Shown: positions 36,601-51,419 of the stretch, piece after piece
Layout of the letters: every line of letters starts with the position of its first letter
Position numbering within the stretch: the first letter of the stretch is position 1
DNA from: Isurus oxyrinchus
Lineage: Eukaryota
Length of the DNA stretch: 64,000 nt
Assembly: GCA_026770705.1 (NCBI GenBank)
Contig: JANJGN010000016.1
Span: 88,102,001 to 88,166,000, forward strand
Direction: 5' to 3'
Made by a program: the position numbers and the translations under genes
The notes under the pieces: model-generated
Database searches by the model: none
What the model saw: only the letters and a program-made list of their open reading frames with translations
Told to the model about the DNA's origin: nothing

Positions 36601-39600
36601 ACTCAGGTACATCACACTTCACAATCCAGTCTGTGTACTCAGGTACATCACACTACACAATCCAGTCTGTGTACTCAGGTACATCACACTTCACAATCCA
36701 GTCTGTGTACTCAGGTACATCACACTTCACAATCCAGTCTGTGTACTCAGGTACATCACACTTCACAGTCCAGTCTGTGTACTCAGGTACATCACATTTC
36801 ACAATCCAGTGTGTGTACTCAGGTACATCACATTTCATAATTCAGTCTGTGTACTCAGGTACATCACACTTCACAATCCAGTCTGAGTACTCAGGCACGT
36901 CACAATTCACAATCCAGTCTGTGTACTAATGTACACCACACTTCACATTCCTGTCTGTGTATTCAGGTACATCACACTTCACAATCTTGTCTGTGAACTC
37001 AGGTACATCAAACTTCACAATCCAGTCTGTGTATTCAGGTACATTACACTTCAGAATCAAGTCTGTGTACTCAGGTACACGACACTTCACAATCCAGTCT
37101 GTGTACTCAGGTACATCACACTTCACAATGCTCTCTGTGCAGTCATGTACATCACACTTCACATTCAAGTCTGTGTACTCAGGTGCATCGCATTTCACCA
37201 TCTAGTCTCTGTGCTCAGGTACATCACACTTCACATTTCAGTCTGTGTACTCAGGTACATCACATTTCACAATCCTGTCTGTGTACTGAGGTACATCACA
37301 CTTCACAATCCAGTCTGCGTACTGAGGTACATCACACTTCACATTCCAGTCTGTGTACTCAGGTACATCACATTTCACAATTCAGTCTGTGTACTCAGGT
37401 CCATCACACTTCACAATCAAGTCTGTGTACTGAGGTACACCACACATCACAATCCAGTCTGTGTACTCAGGAGCATCAAACTTCACAATCCAGTCTGTGT
37501 ACTCAGTTACATCACACTTCGCAATCCAGTCTGTGTACTCAGGCACATCACACTTCACAATCCAGTCTGTGTACTCAGGTCCATCACATTTCATAATCCA
37601 GTCTGTGTACTCAGGTACATCACACTTCACAATCCAGTCTGTGTACTCAGGTACATCACACTTCACAATCCAGTCTGTGTAATCAGGTACATCACACTTC
37701 ACAATTCAGTCTGTGTACTCAGGTACATCACACTTCACAATCCAGTCTGTGTAGTCAGGTACATCACACATCACAATCCAGTCTGTGTACTCAGGTACAT
37801 CACACTTCATAATTCAGTCTGTGTACTCAGGTACATCACAATTCACAATCCTGTCTGTGTACTCAGGTACATCACACTTCACAATGCAGTCTGTGTACTC
37901 AGGTACATCACACATCACAATCCAGTCTGTGTATTCAGGAGCATCAAACTTCACAATCCAGTCTGTGTACTCAGGTACATCACACTTCACAATCCAGTCT
38001 GTGTACTCAGGTACAACACACTTCACAATCCAGTCTGTGTACTCAGGTACATCACACTTCACAATCCAGGCAGTGTAGTCACGTATAACACACTTCACAA
38101 TCCAGTCAGTGTACTGAGGTACATCACACTTCCAATCCAGTCTGCGTACTGAGGTACATCACACTTCACATTCCAGTCTGTGTACTCAGGTACATCACAT
38201 TTCACAATCCAGTCTGTGTACTCAGGTTCATCACACATCACAATTCAGTCTGTGTACTCAGGTACATCACACTTCACAATCCAGTCTGTGTACTCAGGTA
38301 CATCACATTTCACAATCCAGTCTGTGTACTCAGGCACGTCACACTTCACAATCCAGTCTGTGTACTCAGGCACGTCACATTTCACAATCCAGTCTTTTTA
38401 TTCAGGTACATCACACTTCAGAATCCAGTCTGTGTACTCAGGTATATCACACTGCACAATCCAGTCTGTGTACTCAGGTATATCACACTGTACAATCCAG
38501 TCTGTGTTCTTAGGCACATCACGCGTCACAATCCAGTATGTGTACTCAGGTACATCATACTTCACAATCCAGTATGTGTACTCAGGCACGTCACACTTCA
38601 CAATCCAGTATGTGTACTCAGGCACGTCACACTTCACAATCCAGTCTGTGTACTCAGGCACGTCACACTTCACAATCCAGTCCGTGTACTCAGGTACGTC
38701 ACACTTCACAATACATTCTGTGAACTCAGGTACGTCACACTTCACAATCCAGTCTGTGTACTCAGGTACATCACACTTCACAATCCAGTCTGTGTACTCA
38801 GGTATATCACACTGCACAATCCAGTCTGTGTACTCAGGTATATCACACTTCACAATCCAGTGTCTGTACTCAGGTACATCACACTTCACAATTCAGTCTG
38901 TGTACACAGGTACATCACACTTCACAATCCAGTCTGTGTACACAGGTACATCACACTTCACAATCCAGTCTGTGTTCTCAGGAACATCACGCTTCACAAT
39001 CCAGTCTGTGTACTCAGGTACATCATACTTCACAATCCAGTATGTGTACTCAGGCACGTCACACTTCACAATCCAGTATGTGTACTCAGGCACGTCACAC
39101 TTCACAATCCAGTCTGTGTACTCAGGCACCTCACACTTCACAATCCTGTCTGTGTACTCAGGTACGTCACACTTCACAATCCAGTCTGTGTACTCAGGTA
39201 CATCACACTTCACAATCCAGTCTGTGTACTCAGGTACATCACGCTACACAATCCAGTATGTGTCCTCAGGTACATCACACTTCACAATCCAGTCTGTGTA
39301 CTCAAGTACATCAAACTTCACAATCCAGTCTGTGTACTCAGGTACATCAAACATCACAATCCAGCCTGTGTACTCAGGTACATCACACTTCACAATCCAG
39401 ACTGTGTACTCAGGTACATCACACTTCACAATCCAGTCCATGCATTCAGGTACATCACACTTCACAATCCAGTCTGTGTACTCAGGTACATCACATTTCA
39501 CAATCCAGTCTCTGTACTCTGGTACATCACATTTCATAATCCAGTCTCTGTACTCAGGTACATCACATTTCACAATCCAGTCTGTGTGCTCAGGCACGTC

Positions 39601-42600
39601 ACATTTCATAATCCAGTCTGTGTACTCAGGTACATCACATTTCACAATCCAGTCTGTGTACTCAGGTATATCACACTGCAGATTCCAGTCTGTGTACTCA
39701 GGTATATCACACTGCACAATCCAGTATGTGTACTCAGGCACGTCACACTTCACAATCCAGTCTGTGTACTCAGGTACATCATACTTCACAATCCAGTATG
39801 TGTACTCAGGCACGTCTTACTTCACAATCCAGTATGTGTACTCTGGCACGTCACACTTCACAATCCAGTCTGTGTACTCAGGCACGTCACACTTCACAAT
39901 CCAGTCTGTGTACTCAGGTACGTCACACTTCACAATCCACTCTGTGTACTCAGGCACGTCACACTTCACAATCCACTATGTGTACTCTGGCACGTCACAC
40001 TTCACAATCCAGTCTGTGTACTCAGGTACGTCACACTTCACAATCCATTCTGTGTACTCAGGTACGTCACACTTCACAATCCAGTCTTTGTACTCAGGTA
40101 TATCACACTGCACAATCCAGTCTCTGTTCTCAGGAACATCACGCTTCAAAATCCAGTCTGTGTACTCAGGTACATCATACTTCACAATCCAGTATGTGTA
40201 CTCAGGCACGTCACACTTCACAATCAAGTATGTGTACTCAGGCATGTCACAATTCACAATCCAGTCTGTGTACTCAGGCCCGTCACACTTCACAATCCAG
40301 TCTGTGTACACAGGTACATCACACTTCACAATCCAGTCTGGGTTCTCAGGAACATCACGCTTCACAATCCAGTCTGTGTACTCAGGTACATCATACTTCA
40401 CAATCCAGTATGTGTACTCAGGCACGTCACACTTCACAATCCAGTATGTGTACTCAGGCACGTCACACTTCACAATCCAGTCTGTGTACTCAGGCACCTC
40501 ACACTTCACAATCCTGTTTGTGTACTCAGGTACGTCACACTACACAATCCAGTCTGTGTACTCAGGTACATCACACTTCACAATCCAGTCTGTGTACTCA
40601 GGTACATCACGCTACACAATCCAGTATGTGTCCTCAGGTACATCACACTTCACAATCCAGTCTGTGTACTCAGGTACATCACACTTCACAATCCAGTCTG
40701 TGTACTCAGGTACATCACACATCACAATCCAGTCTGTGTACTCAGGTACGACACACTTCACAGTCCAGTCTGTGTACTCAGGTACATCACATTTCACAAT
40801 GCGGTCTGTGTACTCAGGTACATCACATTTCACAATCCAGTCTGTGTACTCAGGTACATCACATTTCACAATGCGGTCTGTGTACTCAGGTACATCACAT
40901 TTCACAATCCAGTCAGTGTACTCAGGTACATAACATTTCACAATTAAGTCTGTGTACTCAGGTACATCACACTACACAATCCAGTCTGTGTACTCAGGGA
41001 CATCACACTTCACAATCCAGTCTGTGTACTCAGGTACATCACACTTCACAATCCAGTCGATGTACTCAGGTACATCACACTTCACAATCCAGTCTGTGTA
41101 CCCAGGTACATAACACATCACAATCCAGTCAGTGTACTCAGTTACATCACATTTCACAATCCAGTCTGTGTACACAGGTACATCACCCTTCACAATCCAG
41201 TCTGTGTACTCAGGTACATCACACTTCACAATCAAGTCTGTGTACTCAGGTATATCACACTGCACAATCCAGTCTGTGTACTCAGGTATATCACACTGCA
41301 CAATCCAGTCTGTGTACTCAGGTACATCACCCTTCACAATCCAGTCTGTGTACTCAGGTACATCACATTTCACAATCCAGTCTGTGTACTCAGGTATATC
41401 AAACTGCACAATCCTGTCGGTGTACTCAGGTATATCACACTGCACAATCCAGTCTGTGTACTAAGGTACATCACACTTCACAATCCAGTCTGTGTACTGA
41501 CGTACATCACACTTCACAATCCAGTCTGTGTACTCAGGTACATCACTCTTCACAATCCAGTCTGTGTACTCACGTACATCACACTTCACAATCCAGTCTG
41601 TGTACTCAGGTACATCACACTTCACAATCCAGTCTGTGTTCTCAGGTACACCACACAGCACAATCCAGTCTGTGTACTCAGGCACGTCACACTTCACAAT
41701 CCAGTCTCTGTATTCAGGCACGTCACATTTCACAATCCAGTCTGTGTACTCAGGTACATCACACTTCACAATCCAGTCTGTGTACTCAGGTATATCACAC
41801 TGCACAATCCAGTCTGTGTACTCAGGTACATCACATTTCACAATCCAGTCTGTGTACTCAGGTATATCACACTTCACAATCCAGTCTGTGTACTCAGGTA
41901 CATCACACTTCACAATCCAGTCTGTGTTCTCAGGTACATCATACTTCACAATCCAGTATGTGTACTCAGGCACGTCACACTTCACAATCCAGTATGTGTA
42001 CTCACGTACATCACACTTCACAATCCAGTCTGTGTTCTAAGGTACATCACACATCACAATCCATTCTGTGTACTCAGGTACATCACACTTCACAATTCAG
42101 TCTGTGTACTCAGGTACATCACACTTCACAATCCAGTCTGTGTACTCATGTACATCACACGTCACAATCCAGTCTGTGTTCTAAGGTACATCAGACATCA
42201 CAATCCATTCTGTGTACTCAGCTACATCACACTTCACAATTCAGTCTGTGTACTCAGGTACATCACACTTCACAATCCAGTCTGTGTACTCAGGTACATT
42301 ACACTTCACAATCCAGTCTGTGTACTCAGGTACATCACACTTCACAACCCAGTCTGTGTACTCAGGTACATCACACATCACAATCCAGTCTGTGTACTCA
42401 GGTACATCACACTTCACAATCCAGTCTGTGTACTCAGGTACATCACATTTCATAATCCAGTCTGTGTACTCAAGTACATCACATTTCATAATCCAGTCTC
42501 TGTACTCAGGTACATCACATTTCACAATCCAGTCTGTGTACTCAGGTACATCACCCTTCACAATCCAGTCTGTGTACTCAGGTACATCACATTTCACAAT

Positions 42601-45600
42601 CCAGTCTGTGTACTCAGGTACATCACACTGCACAATCCTGTCTGTGTACTCAGGTATATCACACTGCACAATCCAGTCTGTGTACTCAGGTACATCACAC
42701 TTCACAATCCAGTCTGTGTACTCACATACATCACACTTCACAATCCAGTCTGTGTTCTAAGGTACATCGCACATCACAATCCATTCTGTGTACTCAGGTA
42801 CATCACACTTCACAATTCAGTCTGTGTACTCAGGTACATCACACTTCACAATCCAGTCTGTGTACTCAGGTACATTACACTTCACAATCCAGTCTGTGTA
42901 CTCAGGTACATCACACTTCACAATCCAGTCTGTGTACTCAGGTACATCACACATCACAATTCAGTCTGTGTACTCAGGTACATCACACTTCACAATCCAG
43001 TCTGTGTACTCAGGTATATCAAACTGCACAATCCTGTCGGTGTACTCAGGTATATCACACTGCACAATCCAGTCTGTGTACTAAGGTACATCACACTTCA
43101 CAATCCAGTCTATGTACTCACGTACATCACACATCACAATCCAGTCTGTGTACTCAGGTACATCACTCTTCACAATCCAGTCTGTGTACTCACGTACATC
43201 ACACTTCACAATCCAGTCTGTGTACTCAGGTACATCACACTTCACAATCCAGTCTGTGTACTCAGGTACATTACACTTCACAATCCAGTCTGTGTACTCA
43301 GGTATATCACACTTCACAATCCAGTCTGTGTACTCAGGTACATCACATTTCACAATCCTGTCTGTGTACTCAGGTATATCACACTTCACAATCCAGTCTG
43401 TGTACTCAGGTACATCACACTTCACAATCCAGTCTGTGTTCTCAGGTACATCATACTTCACAATCCAGTATGTGTACTCAGGCACGTCACACTTCACAAT
43501 CCAGTATGTGTACTCACGTACATCACACTTCACAATCCAGTCTGTGTTCTAAGGTACATCACACATCACAATCCATTCTGTGTACTCAGGTACATCACAC
43601 TTCACAATTCAGTCTGTGTACTCAGGTACATCACACTTCACAATCCAGTCTGTGTACTCATGTACATCACACTTCACAATCCAGTCTGTGTTCTAAGGTA
43701 CATCACACATCACAATCAATTCTGTGTACTCAGGTACATCACACTTCACAATTCAGTCTGTGTACTCAGGTACATCACACTTCACAATCCTGTCTGTGTA
43801 CTCAGGTACATTACACTTCACAATCCAGTCTGTGTACTCAGGTACATCACACTTCACAACCCAGTCTGTGTACTCAGGTACATCACGCATCACAATCCAG
43901 TCTGTGTACTCAGGTACATCACACTTCACAATCCAGTCTGTGTACTCAGGTACATCACATTTCATAATCCAGTCTGTGTACTCAAGTACATCACATTTCA
44001 TAATCCAGTCTCTGTACTCAGGTACATCACATTTCACAATCCAGTCTGTGTTCTCAGGTACATCACCCTTCACAATCCAGTCTGTGTACTCAGGTACATC
44101 ACATTTCACAATCCAGTCTGTGTACTCAGGTACATCACACTGCACAATCCTGTCTGTGTACTCAGGTATATCACACTGCACAATCCAGTCTGTGTACTCA
44201 GGTACATCACACTTCACAATCCAGTCTGTGTACTCACGTACATCACACTTCACAATCCAGTCTGTGTTCTAAGGTACATCACAAATCACAATCCATTCTG
44301 TGTACTCAGGTACATCACACTTCACAATTCAGTCTGTGTACTCAGGTACATCACACTTCACAATCCAGTCTGTGTACTCAGGTACATTACACTTCACAAT
44401 CCAGTCTGTGTACTCAGGTACATCACACTTCACAATCCAGTCTGTGTACTCAGGTACATCACACATCACAATTCAGTCTGTGTACTCAGGTACATCACAC
44501 TTCACAATCCAGTCTGTGTACTCAGGTACATCACATTTCATAATCCAGTCTCTGTACTCAGGTACATCACATTTCACAATCCAGTCTGTGTACTCAGGTA
44601 CATCACCCTTCACAATCCAGTCTGTGTACTCAGGTACATCACATTTCACAATCCAGTCTGTGTACTCAGGTATATCACACTGCACAATCCTGTCTGTGTA
44701 CTCAGGTATATCACACTGCACAATCCATTCTGTGTACTCAGGTACATCACACTTCACAATTCAGTCTGTGTACTCAGGTACATCACACTTCACAATCCAG
44801 TCTGTGTACTCATGTACATCACACTTCACAATCCAGTCTGTGTTCTAAGGTACATCACACATCACAATCCATTCTGTGTACTCAGGTACATCACACTTCA
44901 CAATTCAGTCTGTGTACTCAGGTACATCACACTTCACAATCCAGTCTGTGTACTCAGGTACATTACACTTCACAATCCAGTCTGTGTACTCAGGTACATC
45001 ACACTTCACAACCCAGTCTGTGTACTCAGGTACATCACACATCACAATCCAGTCTGTGTACTCAGGTACATCACACTTCACAATCCAGTCTGTGTACTCA
45101 GGTACATCACATTTCATAATCCAGTCTGTGTACTCAAGTACATCACATTTCATAATCCAGTCTCTGTACTCAGGTACATCACATTTCACAATCCAGTCTG
45201 TGTACTCAGGTACATCACCCTTCACAATCCAGTCTGTGTACTCAGGTACATCACATTTCACAATCCAGTCTGTGTACTCAGGTACATCACACTGCACAAT
45301 CCTGTCTGTGTACTCAGGTACATCACACTGCACAATCCAGTATGTGTACTCAGGTACATCACACTTCACAATCCAGTCTGTGTACTCACGTACATCACAC
45401 TTCACAATCCAGTCTGTGTTCTAAGGTACATCACACATCACAATCCATTCTGTGTACTCAGGTACATCACACTTCACAATTCAGTCTGTGTACTCAGGTA
45501 CATCACACTTCACAATCCAGTCTGTGTACTCAGGTACATTACACTTCACAATCCAGTCTGTGTACTCAGGTACATCACACTTCACAATCCAGTCTGTGTA

Positions 45601-48600
45601 CTCAGGTACATCACACATCACAATCCAGTCTGTGTACTCAGGTACATCACACTTCACAATCCAGTCTGTGTACTCAGGTACATCACATTTCATAATCCAG
45701 TCTCTGTACTCAGGTACATCACATTTCACAATCCAGTCTGTGTACTCAGGTACATCACCCTTCACAATCCAGTCTGTGTACTCAGGTACATCACATTTCA
45801 CAATCCAGTCTGTGTACTCAGGTATATCACACTGCACAATCCTGTCTGTGTACTCAGGTATATCACACTGCACAATCCAGTCTGTGTACTCAGGTACATC
45901 ACACTTCACAATCCAGTCTGTGTACTCAGGTACATCACACTTCACAATCCAGTCTGTGTACTCAGGTACATCACACTACACAATCCAGTCTGTGTACTCA
46001 GGTACATCACACTTCACAATTCAGTCTGTGTACTCAGGTACATCACACTTCACAATCCAGTCTGTGTACTCATGTACATCACACGTCACAATCCAGTCTG
46101 TGTTCTAAGGTACATCAGACATCACAATCCATTCTGTGTACTCAGCTACATCACACTTCACAATTCAGTCTGTGTACTCAGGTACATCACACTTCACAAT
46201 CCAGTCTGTGTACTCAGGTACATTACACTTCACAATCCAGTCTGTGTACTCAGGTACATCACACTTCACAACCCAGTCTGTGTACTCAGGTACATCACAC
46301 ATCACAATCCAGTCTGTGTACTCAGGTACATCACACTTCACAATCCAGTCTGTGTACTCAGGTACATCACATTTCATAATCCAGTCTGTGTACTCAAGTA
46401 CATCACATTTCATAATCCAGTCTCTGTACTCAGGTACATCACATTTCACAATCCAGTCTGTGTACTCAGGTACATCACCCTTCACAATCCAGTCTGTGTA
46501 CTCAGGTACATCACATTTCACAATCCAGTCTGTGTACTCAGGTACATCACACTGCACAATCCTGTCTGTGTACTCAGGTATATCACACTGCACAATCCAT
46601 TCTGTGTACTCAGGTACATCACACTTCACAATCCAGTCTGTGTACTCACGTACATCACACTTCACAATCCAGTCTGTGTTCTAAGGTACATCGCACATCA
46701 CAATCCATTCTGTGTACTCAGGTACATCACACTTCACAATTCAGTCTGTGTACTCAGGTACATCACACTTCACAATCCAGTCTGTGTACTCAGGTACATT
46801 ACACTTCACAATCCAGTCTGTGTACTCAGGTACATCACACTTCACAATCCAGTCTGTGTACTCAGGTACATCACACATCACAATTCAGTCTGTGTACTCA
46901 GGTACATCACACTTCACAATCCAGTCTGTGTACTCAGGTATATCAAACTGCACAATCCTGTCGGTGTACTCAGGTATATCACACTGCACAATCCAGTCTG
47001 TGTACTAAGGTACATCACACTTCACAATCCAGTCTATGTACTCACGTACATCACACTTCACAATCCAGTCTGTGTACTCAGGTACATCACTCTTCACAAT
47101 CCAGTCTGTGTACTCACGTACATCACACTTCACAATCCAGTCTGTGTACTCAGGTACATCACACTTCACAATCCAGTCTGTGTACTCAGGTACATTACAC
47201 TTCACAATCCAGTCTGTGTACTCAGGTATATCACACTTCACAATCCAGTCTGTGTACTCAGGTACATCACATTTCACAATCCTGTCTGTGTACTCAGGTA
47301 TATCACACTTCACAATCCAGTCTGTGTACTCAGGTACATCACACTTCACAATCCAGTCTGTGTTCTCAGGTACATCATACTTCACAATCCAGTATGTGTA
47401 CTCAGGCACGTCACACTTCACAATCCAGTATGTGTACTCACGTACATCACACTTCACAATCCAGTCTGTGTTCTAAGGTACATCACACATCACAATCCAT
47501 TCTGTGTACTCAGGTACATCACACTTCACAATTCAGTCTGTGTACTCAGGTACATCACACTTCACAATCCAGTCTGTGTACTCATGTACATCACACTTCA
47601 CAATCCAGTCTGTGTTCTAAGGTACATCACACATCACAATCAATTCTGTGTACTCAGGTACATCACACTTCACAATTCAGTCTGTGTACTCAGGTACATC
47701 ACACTTCACAATCCAGTCTGTGTACTCAGGTACATTACACTTCACAATCCAGTCTGTGTACTCAGGTACATCACACTTCACAACCCAGTCTGTGTACTCA
47801 GGTACATCACACATCACAATCCAGTCTGTGTACTCAGGTACATCACACTTCACAATCCAGTCTGTGTACTCAGGTACATCACATTTCATAATCCAGTCTG
47901 TGTACTCAAGTACATCACATTTCATAATCCAGTCTCTGTACTCAGGTACATCACATTTCACAATCCAGTCTGTGTTCTCAGGTACATCACCCTTCACAAT
48001 CCAGTCTGTGTACTCAGGTACATCACATTTCACAATCCAGTCTGTGTACTCAGGTACATCACACTGCACAATCCTGTCTGTGTACTCAGGTATATCACAC
48101 TGCACAATCCAGTCTGTGTACTCAGGTACATCACACTTCACAATCCAGTCTGTGTACTCACGTACATCACACTTCACAATCCAGTCTGTGTTCTAAGGTA
48201 CATCACACATCACAATCCATTCTGTGTACTCAGGTACATCACACTTCACAATTCAGTCTGTGTACTCAGGTACATCACACTTCACAATCCAGTCTGTGTA
48301 CTCAGGTACATTACACTTCACAATCCAGTCTGTGTACTCAGGTACATCACACTTCACAATCCAGTCTGTGTACTCAGGTACATCACACATCACAATTCAG
48401 TCTGTGTACTCAGGTACATCACACTTCACAATCCAGTCTGTGTACTCAGGTACATCACATTTCATAATCCAGTCTCTGTACTCAGGTACATCACATTTCA
48501 CAATCCAGTCTGTGTACTCAGGTACATCACCCTTCACAATCCAGTCTGTGTACTCAGGTACATCACATTTCACAATCCAGTCTGTGTACTCAGGTATATC

Positions 48601-49968
48601 ACACTGCACAATCCTGTCTGTGTACTCAGGTATATCACACTGCACAATCCATTCTGTGTACTCAGGTACATCACACTTCACAATTCAGTCTGTGTACTCA
48701 GGTACATCACACTTCACAATCCAGTCTGTGTACTCATGTACATCACACTTCACAATCCAGTCTGTGTTCTAAGGTACATCACACATCACAATCCATTCTG
48801 TGTACTCAGGTACATCACACTTCACAATTCAGTCTGTGTACTCAGGTACATCACACTTCACAATCCAGTCTGTGTACTCAGGTACATTACACTTCACAAT
48901 CCAGTCTGTGTACTCAGGTACATCACACTTCACAACCCAGTCTGTGTACTCAGGTACATCACACATCACAATCCAGTCTGTGTACTCAGGTACATCACAC
49001 TTCACAATCCAGTCTGTGTACTCAGGTACATCACATTTCATAATCCAGTCTGTGTACTCAAGTACATCACATTTCATAATCCAGTCTCTGTACTCAGGTA
49101 CATCACATTTCACAATCCAGTCTGTGTACTCAGGTACATCACCCTTCACAATCCAGTCTGTGTACTCAGGTACATCACATTTCACAATCCAGTCTGTGTA
49201 CTCAGGTACATCACACTGCACAATCCTGTCTGTGTACTCAGGTACATCACACTGCACAATCCAGTCTGTGTACTCAGGTACATCACACTTCACAATCCAG
49301 TCTGTGTACTCACGTACATCACACTTCACAATCCAGTCTGTGTTCTAAGGTACATCACACATCACAATCCATTCTGTGTACTCAGGTACATCACACTTCA
49401 CAATTCAGTCTGTGTACTCAGGTACATCACACTTCACAATCCAGTCTGTGTACTCAGGTACATTACACTTCACAATCCAGTCTGTGTACTCAGGTACATC
49501 ACACTTCACAATCCAGTCTGTGTACTCAGGTACATCACACATCACAATCCAGTCTGTGTACTCAGGTACATCACACTTCACAATCCAGTCTGTGTACTCA
49601 GGTACATCACATTTCATAATCCAGTCTCTGTACTCAGGTACATCACATTTCACAATCCAGTCTGTGTACTCAGGTACATCACCCTTCACAATCCAGTCTG
49701 TGTACTCAGGTACATCACATTTCACAATCCAGTCTGTGTACTCAGGTATATCACACTGCACAATCCTGTCTGTGTACTCAGGTATATCACACTGCACAAT
49801 CCAGTCTGTGTACTCAGGTACATCACACTTCACAATCCAGTCTGTGTACTCACGTACATCACACTTCACAATCCAGTCTGAGTACTCAGGTACATCACAC
49901 TTCAGAATCCAGTCTGTGTACTCAGGTACATCACACTTCACAATCCAGTCTGTGTACTCAGGTACACC
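21618..49968. repeat. 36-bp satellite array, ~28.3 kb (~790 units), consensus GTACTCAGGTACATCACACTTCACAATCCAGTCTGT, with higher-order structure
   Basis: Continuous 36-bp period with rare 34/35-bp units. All long ORFs here are 12-aa repeats (YITLHNPVCVLR / YSGTSHFTIQSV / CTQVHHTSQSSL / KCDVPEYTDWIV). Confidence 0.98.
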
Positions 49969-51419
49969 ACCGCTGTCCTCACACTGATCTGAAGCTCCAG
50001 TTCCGGTTCCTCGAGGGACCAGTGTTTTGTGAGCACCTCATTCGTGAGTCACACCCCCAAATACTCTGCTCCTGCCTTAGGTGTTGGTGAAAATTGCTAC
50101 TGGAAGTTTCTGTGTAGACACGGCCTCCTGCTGAGTTCCCGTCTCACCCTGCTCGGTACAATGAACTGGGAACATGTGGTGTACCCTGAGAACTTGCAGC
50201 AAATAACAATGTCTTCCCCACATGCAGCATCTCTTCCTGTATCTTCACCAACTTGAAACAACTCCTCCAAACACCCAGTCCCTCCACAAACTCAATCAGA
50301 ACCAGGAGAAAGTCATCAGGAACTCAGCTGCAGGTTGTTGATGGTCCCTTTAAATCTCACTGGTCTCTGGATCCCTCACACTGCTGAACCTGTACCAAAT
50401 CTGCTTTACAATCTGACTGAGCTCACCATCTGCTGACTCTGTATCCTTCCGGAACACGCCTGTAACACGCGTGTTAATGCCCCTTCACCACGATGGGGTC
50501 CACTGTGGCCCAGACTGGAAGTGGGAAGAAACCTGCAGCCGCCATTTTGTTTCCATCGGGTTCCTGTCGTGTCGAAATTCCCGGGGTTATGGAGGCAAAA
50601 TTTGTGGTCATCGTATTCACTGAACGTATAATCTTGTTTTATAGATTTTAATGTCATCACTTGGTCGGGTTTAGCTGATAGGAGGATTCACTGAACTGTT
50701 TCTGGGTAAACTTACCCCTGCCGCTTCTCCTTGTGCGGTGATCGTCTCTTTGTGATTTTTTTCTCCTGTTCCAGTCGCCTCTCTCAGCAGCTGCTCTGTC
50801 ACGTTTCAGTTTAAACCCTGAGGGTGTCTCCCATACTCTCCTCTCTCTCTCTCTCTCTCTCTCGAATATCTGAACCTGTTTATATCCCTTTGCAGTCTCT
50901 TTGTATCCTCCTCACAGCTTACTTTCCCAACCAGCTTTTTATTGTCAGTAGCCCTGACTGTGGGTGGAATTTTCTGTGCCGTGAGTGAACAATATGGCGA
51001 GAAGGCCGGAGATAGTCTTCACCCCACCTTGAAACCAATTTGCGATCGTCCGCTCAGCTGGTCAGTGGCGGGCTGCGTCTCCCACCATCGGACGTTGGGA
51101 ACCTCATTGTAACACATCTGCCTGTCAGAATAAGGCCAGCCCACCGGAATCATCCCCCCCGCACCCTCCCCTGGGCTGGATCGTCCACCCCCCTTGGCGT
51201 GATTGTGAGCTGCCGTCTTTCACAACAGCTTGTGCTTGGCGGGCTGCTCTCTGAGGGGGACGGGGAGGGGAGTTCCCAGTAACATTGTGCAGCACTCGCC
51301 AGGGGGGCCTGTTGGGCTTCAAGGGTGAGGCAGGTTGATGGGGGGTCAAGGGCGGCCCTGAAGCTGAGGTGACTTTGCTGGAGACAAAGGTTTGCCTCGT
51401 GACTGCGGCAGTTTGTGTG

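Noticed and set aside
21618-49968. CRISPR-like array (36-bp repeats)
   Set aside because: Units are head-to-tail with no unique spacers, there are no cas genes, and the context is eukaryotic.
21618-49968. CACACTT/CACAATC/CACAGAC motifs in the satellite as an RSS array
   Set aside because: No A-rich nonamer at 12 or 23 nt from any of them.
21603-49987. Dozens of long ORFs (up to 2577 aa) as protein genes
   Set aside because: A 36-bp monomer with no stop in four of six frames yields such ORFs automatically. There are no unique domains or gene structure. Kept only as a low-priority test.
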